Source: Acetobacteraceae bacterium UBA6159
Lineage (GTDB): Bacteria; Pseudomonadota; Alphaproteobacteria; Acetobacterales; Acetobacteraceae
NCBI GenBank assembly: GCA_002422345.1
Contig: DIUL01000142.1
Location: 78,064-142,063, forward strand
Length of the DNA: 64,000 nt
Reading direction: 5' to 3'
Made by a program: the position numbers and the translations under genes. Shown in pieces: positions 19,651 through 28,933 of this stretch (position 1 is its first letter; every line of letters starts with the position of its first letter). The notes under the pieces are model-generated. The model was given only the letters and a program-made list of their open reading frames with translations, searched no databases and was not told where the DNA came from.

Positions 19651-20870
19651 CCGTCGGCATCGAACGCATGGGTGTCTATTGCGGCGCCGCCTTCATCGAC
19701 GTGGCGAAACTCGCCGTCGAACGAGGGCTCGACCCGACCCGCTTCGCCAACCTGCTGATGCGCCGCAAGAGCCTCAGCTTCCCGTTCGAGGACCCCGTGT
19801 CCTTCGCCGTCAACGCCGCCGCGCCGCTGGTGCGGGCCCTATCGGCGGCGGAGCGGGATTCGATCGAACTCGTCGTCGTGGCCACAGAGTCCGGCATCGA
19901 CTGGGGCAAGTCGATCAGCAACTACGTCCACCGCTACCTCGAACTCGGCCGCCGCTGCCGGATGTTCGAGGTGAAGCAGGCCTGCTATGGCGGCACCGCG
20001 GCGTTGCAGACCGCGTCGGCGATGGTGGCCTCGGGGCAAGTCCGGCGCGCGCTGGTGATCTGCACCGACCTGGCCCGCTGCGTCCCGCATTCCTACGCCG
20101 AACCTGCCCAGGGCTGCGCCGCCGTCGCCATGCTGATCGGCCCCGATCCGGTGGTGCTGGCGCTGGAACCGGGCGCCTCGGGCCTGCATGCGTATGAGGT
20201 GATGGATTCCTGCCGCCCGACCGCGGACATGGAAACCGGCGATGTGGACCTGTCCCTGCTGTCCTACCTCGACTGCATCGAAAAGAGCTTTATCGCGTAT
20301 CGGGAACGTGTGGGTCCGGTCGATTTCCAGGCGTATTTCACCTACCTCGCCTGCCACACCCCCTTCGGCGGCATGGTCAAGGGCGCCCATCGCAGCATGA
20401 TGCGGAAGTTCCGCCCCGGACCTCCGGCCGCCGTGAACGAGGATTTCGAAAATCGCGTCCGCCCCGCCTTGGCCTTCTGCCAGGAGGTCGGGAACATTTA
20501 TTCCGGCACCGTCTTCCTGGCCCTGGCGGGCGTACTGGCGCGCGGAAGTTTCCCCGAGCCACGGCGGATCGGCCTGTTCTCCTACGGCTCGGGATGCAGT
20601 TCCGAATTCTACAGCGGAATCGCCGATGAACGCGGCGCGCGCATGATCCGGGACCTCGACATCGACGGCACCCTGGCCGTTCGGCGTGAATTGTCGATCC
20701 CGGAATACGAAACCCTGCTGATCGCGGAACGGCAGTCCCTGTTCGGCCAGCGGGAAGCACGAGTGGAACCAGGCGCGTTCGAACCGATCCTCGCCAGCCA
20801 CTTCACCGGAACCGGCCGCCTGATCCTGGACGGCATCGTCAACTACCAGCGCCGCTACCGGTGGGCGTGA
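19647..20870 (+). CDS. pksG: HMG-CoA synthase-like (3-hydroxy-3-methylglutaryl-ACP synthase) beta-branching enzyme
   Basis: EDPVS, ATESGID.GKS, FEVKQACYGGT, HTPFGGMVKGAHR, GNIYSG, FSYGSGCSSEFYS; ATGA overlap at 19647-19650. Confidence 0.95.
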   Translation: MTVGIERMGVYCGAAFIDVAKLAVERGLDPTRFANLLMRRKSLSFPFEDPVSFAVNAAAPLVRALSAAERDSIELVVVATESGIDWGKSISNYVHRYLELGRRCRMFEVKQACYGGTAALQTASAMVASGQVRRALVICTDLARCVPHSYAEPAQGCAAVAMLIGPDPVVLALEPGASGLHAYEVMDSCRPTADMETGDVDLSLLSYLDCIEKSFIAYRERVGPVDFQAYFTYLACHTPFGGMVKGAHRSMMRKFRPGPPAAVNEDFENRVRPALAFCQEVGNIYSGTVFLALAGVLARGSFPEPRRIGLFSYGSGCSSEFYSGIADERGARMIRDLDIDGTLAVRRELSIPEYETLLIAERQSLFGQREARVEPGAFEPILASHFTGTGRLILDGIVNYQRRYRWA

Positions 20871-21634
20871 TGACCGGGTTCGAGACCCTGCGCGTCAGCC
20901 GCCGCGACCGTGCTCTGGACGTGGTGCTGAACCGCCCCGAGCGGCAGAATGCTCTGACGCGGACGATGATCGGCGAGTTGCACCGTGCCCTCGATGCAGC
21001 CGAGGCCGATCCGGACATCCGCCTGCTGGTGTTGACCGGAGAGGGCGACTCCTTCTGCGCCGGCATGGATTTCGTCGAGGCCGGCGCGACCGAGGCCGCC
21101 GCCCAGGCGCTGCGCCCGACGGTCGAGGACTTCTATCGCCTGATGGAACGTTTCACCCAAAGCCGCGTGGTGATCGCCGCCCAGGTCACTGGACGGGTCA
21201 CCGCCGGCGGCGTCGGGCTGGTCGCCGCGACCGACTATGCGATCGCTGGGCCAGGCGCGAGCTTCCAGCTTTCCGAGGTGATCTTCGGCCTGCTGCCGGC
21301 GACGATCGCGCCTTTCATCATTCGCCGCTGCGGCTGGCAGGTGGCGTTCCGGCTCAGTCTGACCGCGCAGCGGATCGATGCCCAGCGCGCCGCGGGTCTG
21401 GCTTTGGTCGATGACGCCGTCGACAACCCGGCCGACGCGATGCGCCAGTTCATGGTGCGCGCCGCCCGCGTGCCGCCCCATTGCGTGCGCGACCTGAAGG
21501 GATTGTTCCGGGAGATGTGGATCATCAACGACGAAACCCGCCGCCGAGCGGTCGATGTCAGCGTGGAACAGATCATGCGGCCCGAGACGCATGACTCGAT
21601 CCGCCGCTTCGTCCAGGGCATGCGCCCGTCATGA
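20870..21634 (+). CDS. pksH: enoyl-CoA hydratase ECH1 (dehydratase) of the beta-branching cassette
   Basis: Crotonase motifs FCAGMDF, AGGVGLVAATD, LSEVIFGLLPA; position after HMGS. Start may be GTG at 20867. Confidence 0.9.
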   Translation: MTGFETLRVSRRDRALDVVLNRPERQNALTRTMIGELHRALDAAEADPDIRLLVLTGEGDSFCAGMDFVEAGATEAAAQALRPTVEDFYRLMERFTQSRVVIAAQVTGRVTAGGVGLVAATDYAIAGPGASFQLSEVIFGLLPATIAPFIIRRCGWQVAFRLSLTAQRIDAQRAAGLALVDDAVDNPADAMRQFMVRAARVPPHCVRDLKGLFREMWIINDETRRRAVDVSVEQIMRPETHDSIRRFVQGMRPS

Positions 21635-22377
21635 CGGATGTGGTGCATCTGCGGATGCGCGGTCCCTCGATCGCGGTGATCGAGATGGCGGACCGCGTCG
21701 GCCGCAACACCTTCACCCGCGCCTTGGTCGGCGGCCTGGGGGACGCGCTGGGCCAGGTCGCCCGCGACCGTGCCATCAAGGTCGTCGTGATCCATGGCTA
21801 CGACACGATCTTCTGCGCCGGCGGGACGCTGGAGGAGTTGCTGACGCTCGCCGAACACAAGGTCACGTTCGACGCGCATGACTTCTATCGTGCGCTGCTG
21901 GACTGCGAGGTCCCCGTCATCGCCGCGATGCAGGGCCATGCGCTGGGGGGCGGGCTGGTGTTCGGGCTCTATGCCGACCTGGTGGTGATGGCGCAGGAGT
22001 CGCTCTACAGCGCGAACTTCATGAAATACGGCATCACACCGGGTATGGGTGCGACCCTCTTGCTGCCGCAGAAACTCGGCGTACCTTTGGCGCATGAGAT
22101 GCTGTTCTCGGCGCGCGGCTACCATGGCGGCGTGTTGCGGGATCGTGGCGTCGGCTTCCCGGTCGTGCCGCGGGCCGAGGTGATCGCGACCGCGCTGAAA
22201 CTGGCCGAGGACCTGGCGGACAAGTCCGACGTCGCGCTGCGGATGCTGAAACAGGCGCTCAATCACCGGCTGAGGTTGGAACTGCCGGACGCCATCGCGC
22301 GGGAAAAGGCGATGCATGAAACCAGTTTCGCCCAGCCCGACATCGCCGCCCGCATCGCGGACCGGTTCGGGCGCTGA
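21631..22377 (+). CDS. pksI: enoyl-CoA hydratase ECH2 (decarboxylase) of the beta-branching cassette
   Basis: FCAGGT, AAMQGHALGGG, YSANFMKYGITPGMGAT and C-terminal MHE.SF are characteristic of PksI-type proteins. Confidence 0.92.
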   Translation: MTDVVHLRMRGPSIAVIEMADRVGRNTFTRALVGGLGDALGQVARDRAIKVVVIHGYDTIFCAGGTLEELLTLAEHKVTFDAHDFYRALLDCEVPVIAAMQGHALGGGLVFGLYADLVVMAQESLYSANFMKYGITPGMGATLLLPQKLGVPLAHEMLFSARGYHGGVLRDRGVGFPVVPRAEVIATALKLAEDLADKSDVALRMLKQALNHRLRLELPDAIAREKAMHETSFAQPDIAARIADRFGR

Positions 22378-22384
22378 GCGGATG

Positions 22385-23722
22385 CTACCGCCGCAATTCC
22401 TCCAACCGCAGGCGCACGCCGCTGCTGGGCGTCATCATTCCGCCCATGCGTTTCACCGTCATCGTGCCCTCATCCAGCAAGGTATAGCGGGCGCGGGTCA
22501 GCAGGGTCGCCAGGGCGATCTTCAACTCGAAGACCGACAGATGGGATCCCGGGCACATCCGTTCCCCGCCGCCGAAGGGCAGATACTCGTGCGGGCCGAA
22601 GCGGCGATCGAGGAACCGTTCCGGCCGGAACGCCTCGGCATCGGGATACAGGTCGGGATCGTAGTGCAGGATCGCGGAGGAAGCGGCGATGTTCGTGCCA
22701 GCCGGCACCTCATACCGATCCAGTTGCATCGGCTGGGCGAGCACGCGGTTGATGTCGGTCACCACCGGCCACAGCCGCAACGTCTCCTTCACCACGGCAT
22801 CCAAATAGGGCAGGCGGGCCCAGGCCATCGGATCGGCGTCGGGGCCCAAAGGCGTGAGTTCATCCATCAGCAGGTCGAGGCAACGCTTTTCCCGATGCAG
22901 CCAGTAAAGGCCCCAGCACAGGGAGACGACGGATGTCTCATGCCCCGCGATCAGCGTGGTGATCATGTTGTCGCGGATGGCCACGTCGCTCATGGGCGTG
23001 CCATCGTCATAGCGGGCGGCGACGACGCGGTTGAGGATGGCGGCTCCGGCCAAGCCTTCTTCCCGCGCGCGTTCGATCGCGTCCTGCAACAAGGCCTCCA
23101 ACCGCTGGCGGGCAGTGGCGAAGCGGCGATACGGCGGCGGCCATTCCTTGTCGAAGCGCAATGCCGTCAGGATCAGGAACGCGGGATTGCCGAAGCCCTT
23201 GCTGAACGCGCGGACCGCGACCCGGAACGTCTCCCGCCGTTCGGCTGTGTCGGCGCCGAACACGGTGCGCAGGATGACGTCCAGCGCGACGTCGATCGCG
23301 GGATCGCGCACCACGAAACTGTCACCCGGACGGAACTTGTCGAAGGCGTCCAGTGTCGCTTCCCGGATCATCCCGCCCAGGGCATTCAGCGTCTCCCCCT
23401 GGAAATGCGGCACGATCAGCCGCCGTTCGCGGCGCAGTGCCCGCCCCGCGAGTCGCGTGGTCCCGTTCGTTCCCAGCACGCGCGCGGGGCCGGGTTCATA
23501 GTTGACGCCATACTGGTCGACGGGTGCCGAGATGATCTGCCGCACCAGGTCCGGTCGGCCGGTCATCACGCACAGCCTGGCGGTGCGGACGGTGAACAGA
23601 TTGCCGTAGTGCTGGGCGTAGCCGCGCAGGGTCGTATAGGGATCGCGCAGATAGCGGAACATCTGCAACAGCCGCAGCGGCGGTCCCGGCGGCAGGCCGG
23701 CGATCAGGGCGGTCTCGGTCAT
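22385..23722 (-). CDS. cytochrome P450
   Basis: I-helix AGHETS, K-helix ETLR, FRPERF, heme motif PFGGGERMCPG. Confidence 0.95.
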   Translation of the reverse strand: MTETALIAGLPPGPPLRLLQMFRYLRDPYTTLRGYAQHYGNLFTVRTARLCVMTGRPDLVRQIISAPVDQYGVNYEPGPARVLGTNGTTRLAGRALRRERRLIVPHFQGETLNALGGMIREATLDAFDKFRPGDSFVVRDPAIDVALDVILRTVFGADTAERRETFRVAVRAFSKGFGNPAFLILTALRFDKEWPPPYRRFATARQRLEALLQDAIERAREEGLAGAAILNRVVAARYDDGTPMSDVAIRDNMITTLIAGHETSVVSLCWGLYWLHREKRCLDLLMDELTPLGPDADPMAWARLPYLDAVVKETLRLWPVVTDINRVLAQPMQLDRYEVPAGTNIAASSAILHYDPDLYPDAEAFRPERFLDRRFGPHEYLPFGGGERMCPGSHLSVFELKIALATLLTRARYTLLDEGTMTVKRMGGMMTPSSGVRLRLEELRR

Positions 23723-23819
23723 CGCACGACACTCCGGTCGGTCGCGGTCCAGGCTTCACTTTTGCCGACGCGATTCAACGGATAGATTATCACTTCACAC
23801 CGACGAAGGTGCAGTCACC

Positions 23820-24698
23820 ATGAACCAGACCGCCAGCACGACGTCCAGTCCCATCAGCGCGTTGGGATTGCTCGCGCGCCTGTTGTTCACGCGGGGCCGC
23901 AACCGGGCGGACCTTTGTTACGAGTTCATGGGCACGCGCAACTGTCCCTCGACGGACTGCACCTACCTGAACCTCGGCTACTGGCGTGGCACGACCGACT
24001 ACCGCGTGGCGGCCGAGGCGATGGTTGACCTGATGGGCACCGCCGCGGGGATCGAGGAAGGCGATGTCGTCATCGATGCTGGCTGCGGGTTCGGCGACCA
24101 GGACCTGCGCCTTGCGACGACAAAACACCCCTCGCGATTGTACGCGATCAACGTCACGGACTCACAACTCGCCCATGCGCGCATCCACAACGCCCATCCC
24201 AGCATCGAGTATGTGAACGGATCGGCCACCGACCTGCCGTTCGAGGCGGGGAGCGTGGATCGTGTTGTCTCCCTGGAAGCGGCGTTTCATTTCGACACGC
24301 GGGAGGATTTCCTGCGCGAATCGTTCCGCGTGCTGCGGCCGGGTGGGCGGATTTCCATCATCGACCTGGTTCCGCTTGAAAAGAACGGGCGCGTCGTGAC
24401 CGGCGGCCTGCGCGGCACGCTGGAGCGATGGGCCTCGCAAATCCCGACCGCCAATGTCTATGGCGTGACCCGCTACAAGGAAATCCTGGGGAACATCGGG
24501 TTCGAGGATCGGGACATCCAGTCGATCCTGGATGACGTCGTGCCAGGCTACCTCGCCTTCATGCACACGCTTCTGGCCGATCCGGTCCAGGCGGCGCGCC
24601 TGCATCCGATGATCCGGCAGGCGATGCGGCATTCCGGCAATCCGTTCGCGATGTCGGATTATATTCTGGTGACGGCGCGCAAGCCCGCGTCTGGCTGA
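23820..24698 (+). CDS. class I SAM-dependent methyltransferase, probable polyketide O-methyltransferase
   Basis: YLNLGYW, VIDAGCGFGDQ, SLEAAFHF, RVLRPGGR; this motif set is seen in tailoring O-MTs; located inside the cluster. Confidence 0.85.
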   Translation: MNQTASTTSSPISALGLLARLLFTRGRNRADLCYEFMGTRNCPSTDCTYLNLGYWRGTTDYRVAAEAMVDLMGTAAGIEEGDVVIDAGCGFGDQDLRLATTKHPSRLYAINVTDSQLAHARIHNAHPSIEYVNGSATDLPFEAGSVDRVVSLEAAFHFDTREDFLRESFRVLRPGGRISIIDLVPLEKNGRVVTGGLRGTLERWASQIPTANVYGVTRYKEILGNIGFEDRDIQSILDDVVPGYLAFMHTLLADPVQAARLHPMIRQAMRHSGNPFAMSDYILVTARKPASG

Positions 24699-26047
24699 GC
24701 CTTCCGGGCAAAGGCATCAAGCCGGGCTTCGAATACGCGCGCGGCCTCGGTCATCAGCCGTTCGGCCAGGATATCGGCATGGCGGGCGCGCCAATCTTCC
24801 ACATCGGTGCCCTTCAGCCAGCGATTGGCCGCACCCATCGCCGGGCCGCTGTGGATCTGGAAATTGGCCCGCTGGTCGGGCCGTCCCTCGATCGCGAGGC
24901 GGCTGGAGTGGATGAAGTACCAGCGGAACACCATCGCCATCTTCTTGCGGGGATTGGCCTCGGCTTCCGTCAGTTGTTCCGGGGCGCTGCGGGCATAGTA
25001 ATGGGCGGTTTCTTCCCATACCGCGGCGATGCTGCGGCCGAGATACCGTTCTTCGATTTCCTTCAGGACAGGAGCCGGGATTTCGTGCAGCCCAGCATGG
25101 GTGCGATATAGTTCGTAAAGACGGTTGCCGCGCCCGGGAAACAGCGTGCCGCGCTTCAGGACCTGAACCCTGGCCCCGATCTCGAACATATCGCCCGCGG
25201 GGGCGATGTCGAAGTCGGGCAGATCCGCCTGGGCGAGCATGTCCTTCGCGGTATCCGAAATCCCGGCTTCCGGCGTGCATTGATTGATGGACCCCGTCAG
25301 TACGAAGTCGGCGCCGAGCATGAAGGCGGCGGCGATGGCTTCGGGGGTGCCTAGGCCGCCGGCGGCGCCGATCCTGACTCTCTGGCGCAATCCAGTTTCA
25401 ATCGCAATCGTATCGCGCAGCCGCACGAAGTGGGGCACGAGGGTGAAGGCGACGCGGCGATCGGTATGGCCGCCTGAATCCGCCTCGGCGCAGATGTCGT
25501 CCGCCAAGGGGATGGACTGCGCCAGTTCGGCCTCCCGCGCCGTGATCCGTCCACTGCCGCGGAGGGCGGCAACAATCGCGGGATCGGGCGGGGCGAGGAA
25601 CTGGCGCGCGACCTCGGGGCGGGAGACCTTGGCCATCACCCGGTTCAGCGGTCGGGGGGTTCCGTCCGGCCCGTCCTGCAAGCCTGTCAGACGGTACCGC
25701 ACCAGGGCTGGGGTGACGCGGATGAAGGCTGAAGCCTCGATCGTGCGGACGTTGCGGGACAGCAGAAGGTCCGTCAGCACATCTTCCTGTGCTGGCACCA
25801 ACTGGTTGTGCAGGAAGTTGATGCCGAACGGATCGGCAGGTCCGATGGATGCCTGGATCTGGTCGATGGCCGAGGCGATGCGGGACGGTTGCAGCCCGCC
25901 GGCGCCGAAGAAGCTCAGGATTCCGGCGCGGGCGAGGCGGATGACCCAGGCCTCGGAGGCGATCCCCTTTCCCATCGCGCCGGCGACATAGGCGAAGCGA
26001 ACGCCATGGTCGGACACGAAGCTGGGGTCACCAAGAGCAAATGCCAC
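24659..26047 (-). CDS. PfaD/FabK-type FMN-dependent trans-acting enoyl reductase
   Basis: YVAGAM.KGIAS, IEASAF, AKVSRPEVA, EADSGGHTD, GAAGGLGTPEA, TGSINQCT.EAG, APAGDMFE.G, FQIHSGPAMGA. Confidence 0.93.
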   Translation of the reverse strand: MAFALGDPSFVSDHGVRFAYVAGAMGKGIASEAWVIRLARAGILSFFGAGGLQPSRIASAIDQIQASIGPADPFGINFLHNQLVPAQEDVLTDLLLSRNVRTIEASAFIRVTPALVRYRLTGLQDGPDGTPRPLNRVMAKVSRPEVARQFLAPPDPAIVAALRGSGRITAREAELAQSIPLADDICAEADSGGHTDRRVAFTLVPHFVRLRDTIAIETGLRQRVRIGAAGGLGTPEAIAAAFMLGADFVLTGSINQCTPEAGISDTAKDMLAQADLPDFDIAPAGDMFEIGARVQVLKRGTLFPGRGNRLYELYRTHAGLHEIPAPVLKEIEERYLGRSIAAVWEETAHYYARSAPEQLTEAEANPRKKMAMVFRWYFIHSSRLAIEGRPDQRANFQIHSGPAMGAANRWLKGTDVEDWRARHADILAERLMTEAARVFEARLDAFARKAQPDAGLRAVTRI

Positions 26048-26088
26048 GGGCGCCTATCGGATGGTGGTTCTGCCGCGTTGGGCCGGCC

Positions 26089-26120
26089 AAACAAGAAGAC
26101 GACGCCTTTGGGGCGTCGTC
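26089..26120 (-). terminator. rho-independent terminator after the poly-Asp small gene
   Basis: Minus strand reads GACGACGCC-CCAAA-GGCGTCGTC (perfect 9-bp stem) followed by TTCTTGTTT, 40 nt past the stop at 26160. Confidence 0.7.
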
Positions 26121-26159
26121 GACCGTGTCATGAGGCTGCGTGTGGGCGGTACGCTGCCC

Positions 26160-26480
26160 TCAATCGTCATCATCATCGTCGTCGTCATCATCGTCATCGT
26201 CGTCATCATCACTGAAGACGCTGCCGAAATCGGTTTCCTCGCGGACGACCACGACGACGGTCTGGGCGCTGGCGCCAAGGATGCCTTCTTCCTTGAGGCT
26301 GACGATCGCGTCTTCGACCTTATCCATCAGGCGGCCTTCGCCACGTCGCAGACGACGGACGGACCGTCGGCTGTGTTCGCCAAGGTCGACGACGCAAAGC
26401 TCTGAGATCGGGTTTGTGTCCGCGGGGGCGGACTCTTTCGCACTGGACGCGGACCGTTCCGCGGTGTCACCGGCAGCCAT
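26160..26480 (-). CDS. small protein with basic core and 16-Asp tail (resembles DUF6200 from memory)
   Basis: GGAGAG RBS upstream. Core VVDLG...RRLRRGEGRLMDKVEDAI..L...G......VVVVVRE. The tail uses mixed GAT/GAC codons. Confidence 0.75.
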   Translation of the reverse strand: MAAGDTAERSASSAKESAPADTNPISELCVVDLGEHSRRSVRRLRRGEGRLMDKVEDAIVSLKEEGILGASAQTVVVVVREETDFGSVFSDDDDDDDDDDDDDDDD

Positions 26481-26523
26481 GTCTCGCTCTCCTGGTATGA
26501 GGGTGGATGAGGGGCGGTGCGTG

Positions 26524-26943
26524 TCAGTCGCGATCGCGATTTGACCGGACCAGCCGCAGCAGCTTCCGCGGCTTGGCCTTCTTCACCGAGCGGCTGACGT
26601 TGGTGACCATGTCGCCGAGCCAGCCGTCGCGCTTCTTTTCGTTGGAGCGGTTGTGGCGGCCGAGATAGCCGTCGAGTACGCGGATCTGGAATTCGACCAG
26701 TTCGCGCACGCCGCGTTCGAACGGGCGCATGCGACGTGTGCCGCGCTTGCGGGACCGCTCACCCTCATACGAGTCACGGGCGACGATGCGGCCGTGGTCA
26801 TCACGGCGCAGAACCGTCACGCGCTTGATCGGATGACGTTCATGGTCGTCGTCGTGCTGGCGATAGACCTCCCGCGTGGGGCCTGCCTCCCCTTGTTTCA
26901 GAACTGTTACGCGCTTGACGCCGCGATCCAATTTCAGTGCCAT
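26524..26943 (-). CDS. small Arg/Lys-rich protein (resembles DUF6312 from memory)
   Basis: GGAAGG RBS upstream. YLGRHNRSNEKKRDGWLGDMVTNV motif; duplicated KRVTVL segment; co-oriented with the kinase. Confidence 0.75.
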   Translation of the reverse strand: MALKLDRGVKRVTVLKQGEAGPTREVYRQHDDDHERHPIKRVTVLRRDDHGRIVARDSYEGERSRKRGTRRMRPFERGVRELVEFQIRVLDGYLGRHNRSNEKKRDGWLGDMVTNVSRSVKKAKPRKLLRLVRSNRDRD

Positions 26944-27010
26944 GAGCCCTTCCTTCCGGCTTCCCGCTTGGGAACAGTGTAAATCATCCAGTTCAGACGG
27001 GCAATCGGAG

Positions 27011-28933
27011 TCATGACCTGCGCCCGTTTCGTCCCTCGGTCCGCGTCAGTTCCCGAAGGATACGGCGCAACACCAGAAGCGTCAGGATCGAGGCGACGAT
27101 GCCGAACGCCCATAGCTCCTCCTCCATGGAATCAGGTGATCCCAGGAGATTCGGTGACGCCGTCACAAGCTTGTCGAGGAAGGAAACCTGCATCTCCGCA
27201 TGAACGGCCGGATGGTTCTCCATCACGTAGCGGTAGCCGAGACCGGCCATCACGACGGCCATACCGAGCAGGCCCATCCGCACCACCAGCGCGAACACGC
27301 GGGAGGCTTTGGAAATCGTGGCCTCGAAGCTGAAGGCGGATGCGCGCAGAACCGGCCCCATCATCAGGTGGTATTCTTCCAGCGTCGCGCCGACGTAGCT
27401 GATGCCTTGCGCGAGCTTGGACAGGCTCATGGCCTTCTTCATTCCGCGGGCGGCGGCCGTGCGGAAATAATTTTGCAGTATTTTGATATAATCCAGATCC
27501 TCGTGCAGATGCTGCAGGGACGCGTCCAGCGTCGACAGGGTCCGCGCGATCTTCAGGAACTCCCAGGTCTGCTGGGCGCCGAAGCGATACAGGATGCGGC
27601 TGACCTCGGCCGCGCCGGTGTTCACGCTGCGGTCGTGGAAGGGCAGGTGCTTGACGCGCGTCCGGTCGCTCCAGATCCGCAGCGTGCGGGCAAGTTCCAT
27701 CCGCAGCTCCTGAAGATTCCGCGAAGGCAGTTGCGCGCAAAGCCGCAATTGCAGATCCGCCGCCCGTCCGTAGTCGCGTTCAGCCAAGGCGCGCTGCACA
27801 CCGCGATACAGCGTCAGGAATTCCCGGTCGAGCGAGCCCACGCTGCCCATGTCGATCAACGCGATCCGGCTGTCACGCAGCAGGATGATGTTGCCCGGGT
27901 GCAGGTCGGCGTGAAACAGGTTGTTCTCGAACAACTGCCGCATGAATGAAATCAGCAGGCGCTGGCCGACGCGGCGCGAACTGATGTTGTTCGCCTTCAA
28001 CCACGCCCGAACCCGCTCGGGCTCCTCCCGCCGGATGCGGATGTAATCGCTCATGAGCACGCCCGACACGCGCTCCATGATGACCATGTCCTGGGTCGAG
28101 AGGTCCTGGAAAACCTTGGGAATATAAAGCTTATGCCCCCGCGTGCTTTTCCGCATCGCGAGCATGTTGCTGATCTCGTAGCGGTAGTCGGTCTCCTCCC
28201 GGAATATCTGCTCGAACTCTCCCAGCGCGTCGCGCAGGCGGAACTGGCGCAGGCTGGGGATACGGTTCAGCCGCAGCGCGATGAAGCGCAGGATGCGAAG
28301 GTCCCGCTCGAACTTCTCCCGAACGCCGGGCCGCAGAACCTTCACCACGACATCGATGCGGGACTTCCGAAGCCTGGCGGTATGGACCTGGGACAGGGAC
28401 GCGGCGGCGAAGGGGTGCGGATCGAAGGCCGAGAAGACGTGCTCGATCGTCGTGCCAAGCTCCCGCTCGATCACCGCCATGGCGATTTCGGGCGAAAACC
28501 CATGCGCCCGGTGCTGCAGGTTCGAGAGTTCGTCGCACATCGCCTCGGGCAGCACATCGCGGCGCAGCGACATGAGCTGGCCGACCTTCATCCACATCCC
28601 GCCCAGACGTTCAAACACCGCGCGCAGGTCGCGGCCCGTCGTCACCGGGTCGGCCCGCCTGGTCACCTTGCGCCAGGCCGTGCGGAAGAAGAAGCCGATG
28701 AACGCGAACAGGACGTGGAACGCATCCCAGCGAGAGCCCAGCGGCACGTCGACGATCTCGATGGGCTGGTGCGGTTTGCCGGAAATCAGGCGGGTCGGTT
28801 CCAGTTCCGGCTTGCGCATGCGCGCCGTGCCGGGCAGCGTGATCAGCCGGCGCAGCACCGGCGGGCGCGGGGACGATGGCGCCCGCGCGATCAGCCGGCC
28901 CACGGTTCGACGGTCGAGAGCAACCACGTTCAC
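27011..28933 (-). CDS. AarF/ABC1/UbiB-family atypical kinase with C-terminal membrane helices
   Basis: KVGQ (KxGQ), Ala-rich loop AAASLSQVH, VVVKV, FHADLHPGN, LIDMG; two hydrophobic C-terminal segments. Exact start uncertain. Confidence 0.9.
   Translation of the reverse strand: MNVVALDRRTVGRLIARAPSSPRPPVLRRLITLPGTARMRKPELEPTRLISGKPHQPIEIVDVPLGSRWDAFHVLFAFIGFFFRTAWRKVTRRADPVTTGRDLRAVFERLGGMWMKVGQLMSLRRDVLPEAMCDELSNLQHRAHGFSPEIAMAVIERELGTTIEHVFSAFDPHPFAAASLSQVHTARLRKSRIDVVVKVLRPGVREKFERDLRILRFIALRLNRIPSLRQFRLRDALGEFEQIFREETDYRYEISNMLAMRKSTRGHKLYIPKVFQDLSTQDMVIMERVSGVLMSDYIRIRREEPERVRAWLKANNISSRRVGQRLLISFMRQLFENNLFHADLHPGNIILLRDSRIALIDMGSVGSLDREFLTLYRGVQRALAERDYGRAADLQLRLCAQLPSRNLQELRMELARTLRIWSDRTRVKHLPFHDRSVNTGAAEVSRILYRFGAQQTWEFLKIARTLSTLDASLQHLHEDLDYIKILQNYFRTAAARGMKKAMSLSKLAQGISYVGATLEEYHLMMGPVLRASAFSFEATISKASRVFALVVRMGLLGMAVVMAGLGYRYVMENHPAVHAEMQVSFLDKLVTASPNLLGSPDSMEEELWAFGIVASILTLLVLRRILRELTRTEGRNGRRS

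Noticed and set aside
19647..20870. Mevalonate-pathway HMG-CoA synthase
   Set aside because: Flanked by KS0, ECH1, ECH2 and a donor ACP, with no mevalonate genes, so it is a beta-branching enzyme.
25808..26544. Plus-strand ORFs with poly-Ser, poly-His/Arg or poly-Ile/Val tracts
   Set aside because: Alternative readings of the poly-Asp codons. The minus-strand gene has an RBS, operon context and a terminator.
26160..26943. Small proteins as RiPP precursors for the kinase
   Set aside because: No leader/core pattern, no Ser/Thr/Cys-rich core, and no RiPP protease or cyclase nearby.
27011..28933. Calling the kinase ubiB of ubiquinone synthesis
   Set aside because: No ubiE/ubiJ context, and it is embedded in the PKS cluster; only family-level assignment is supported.
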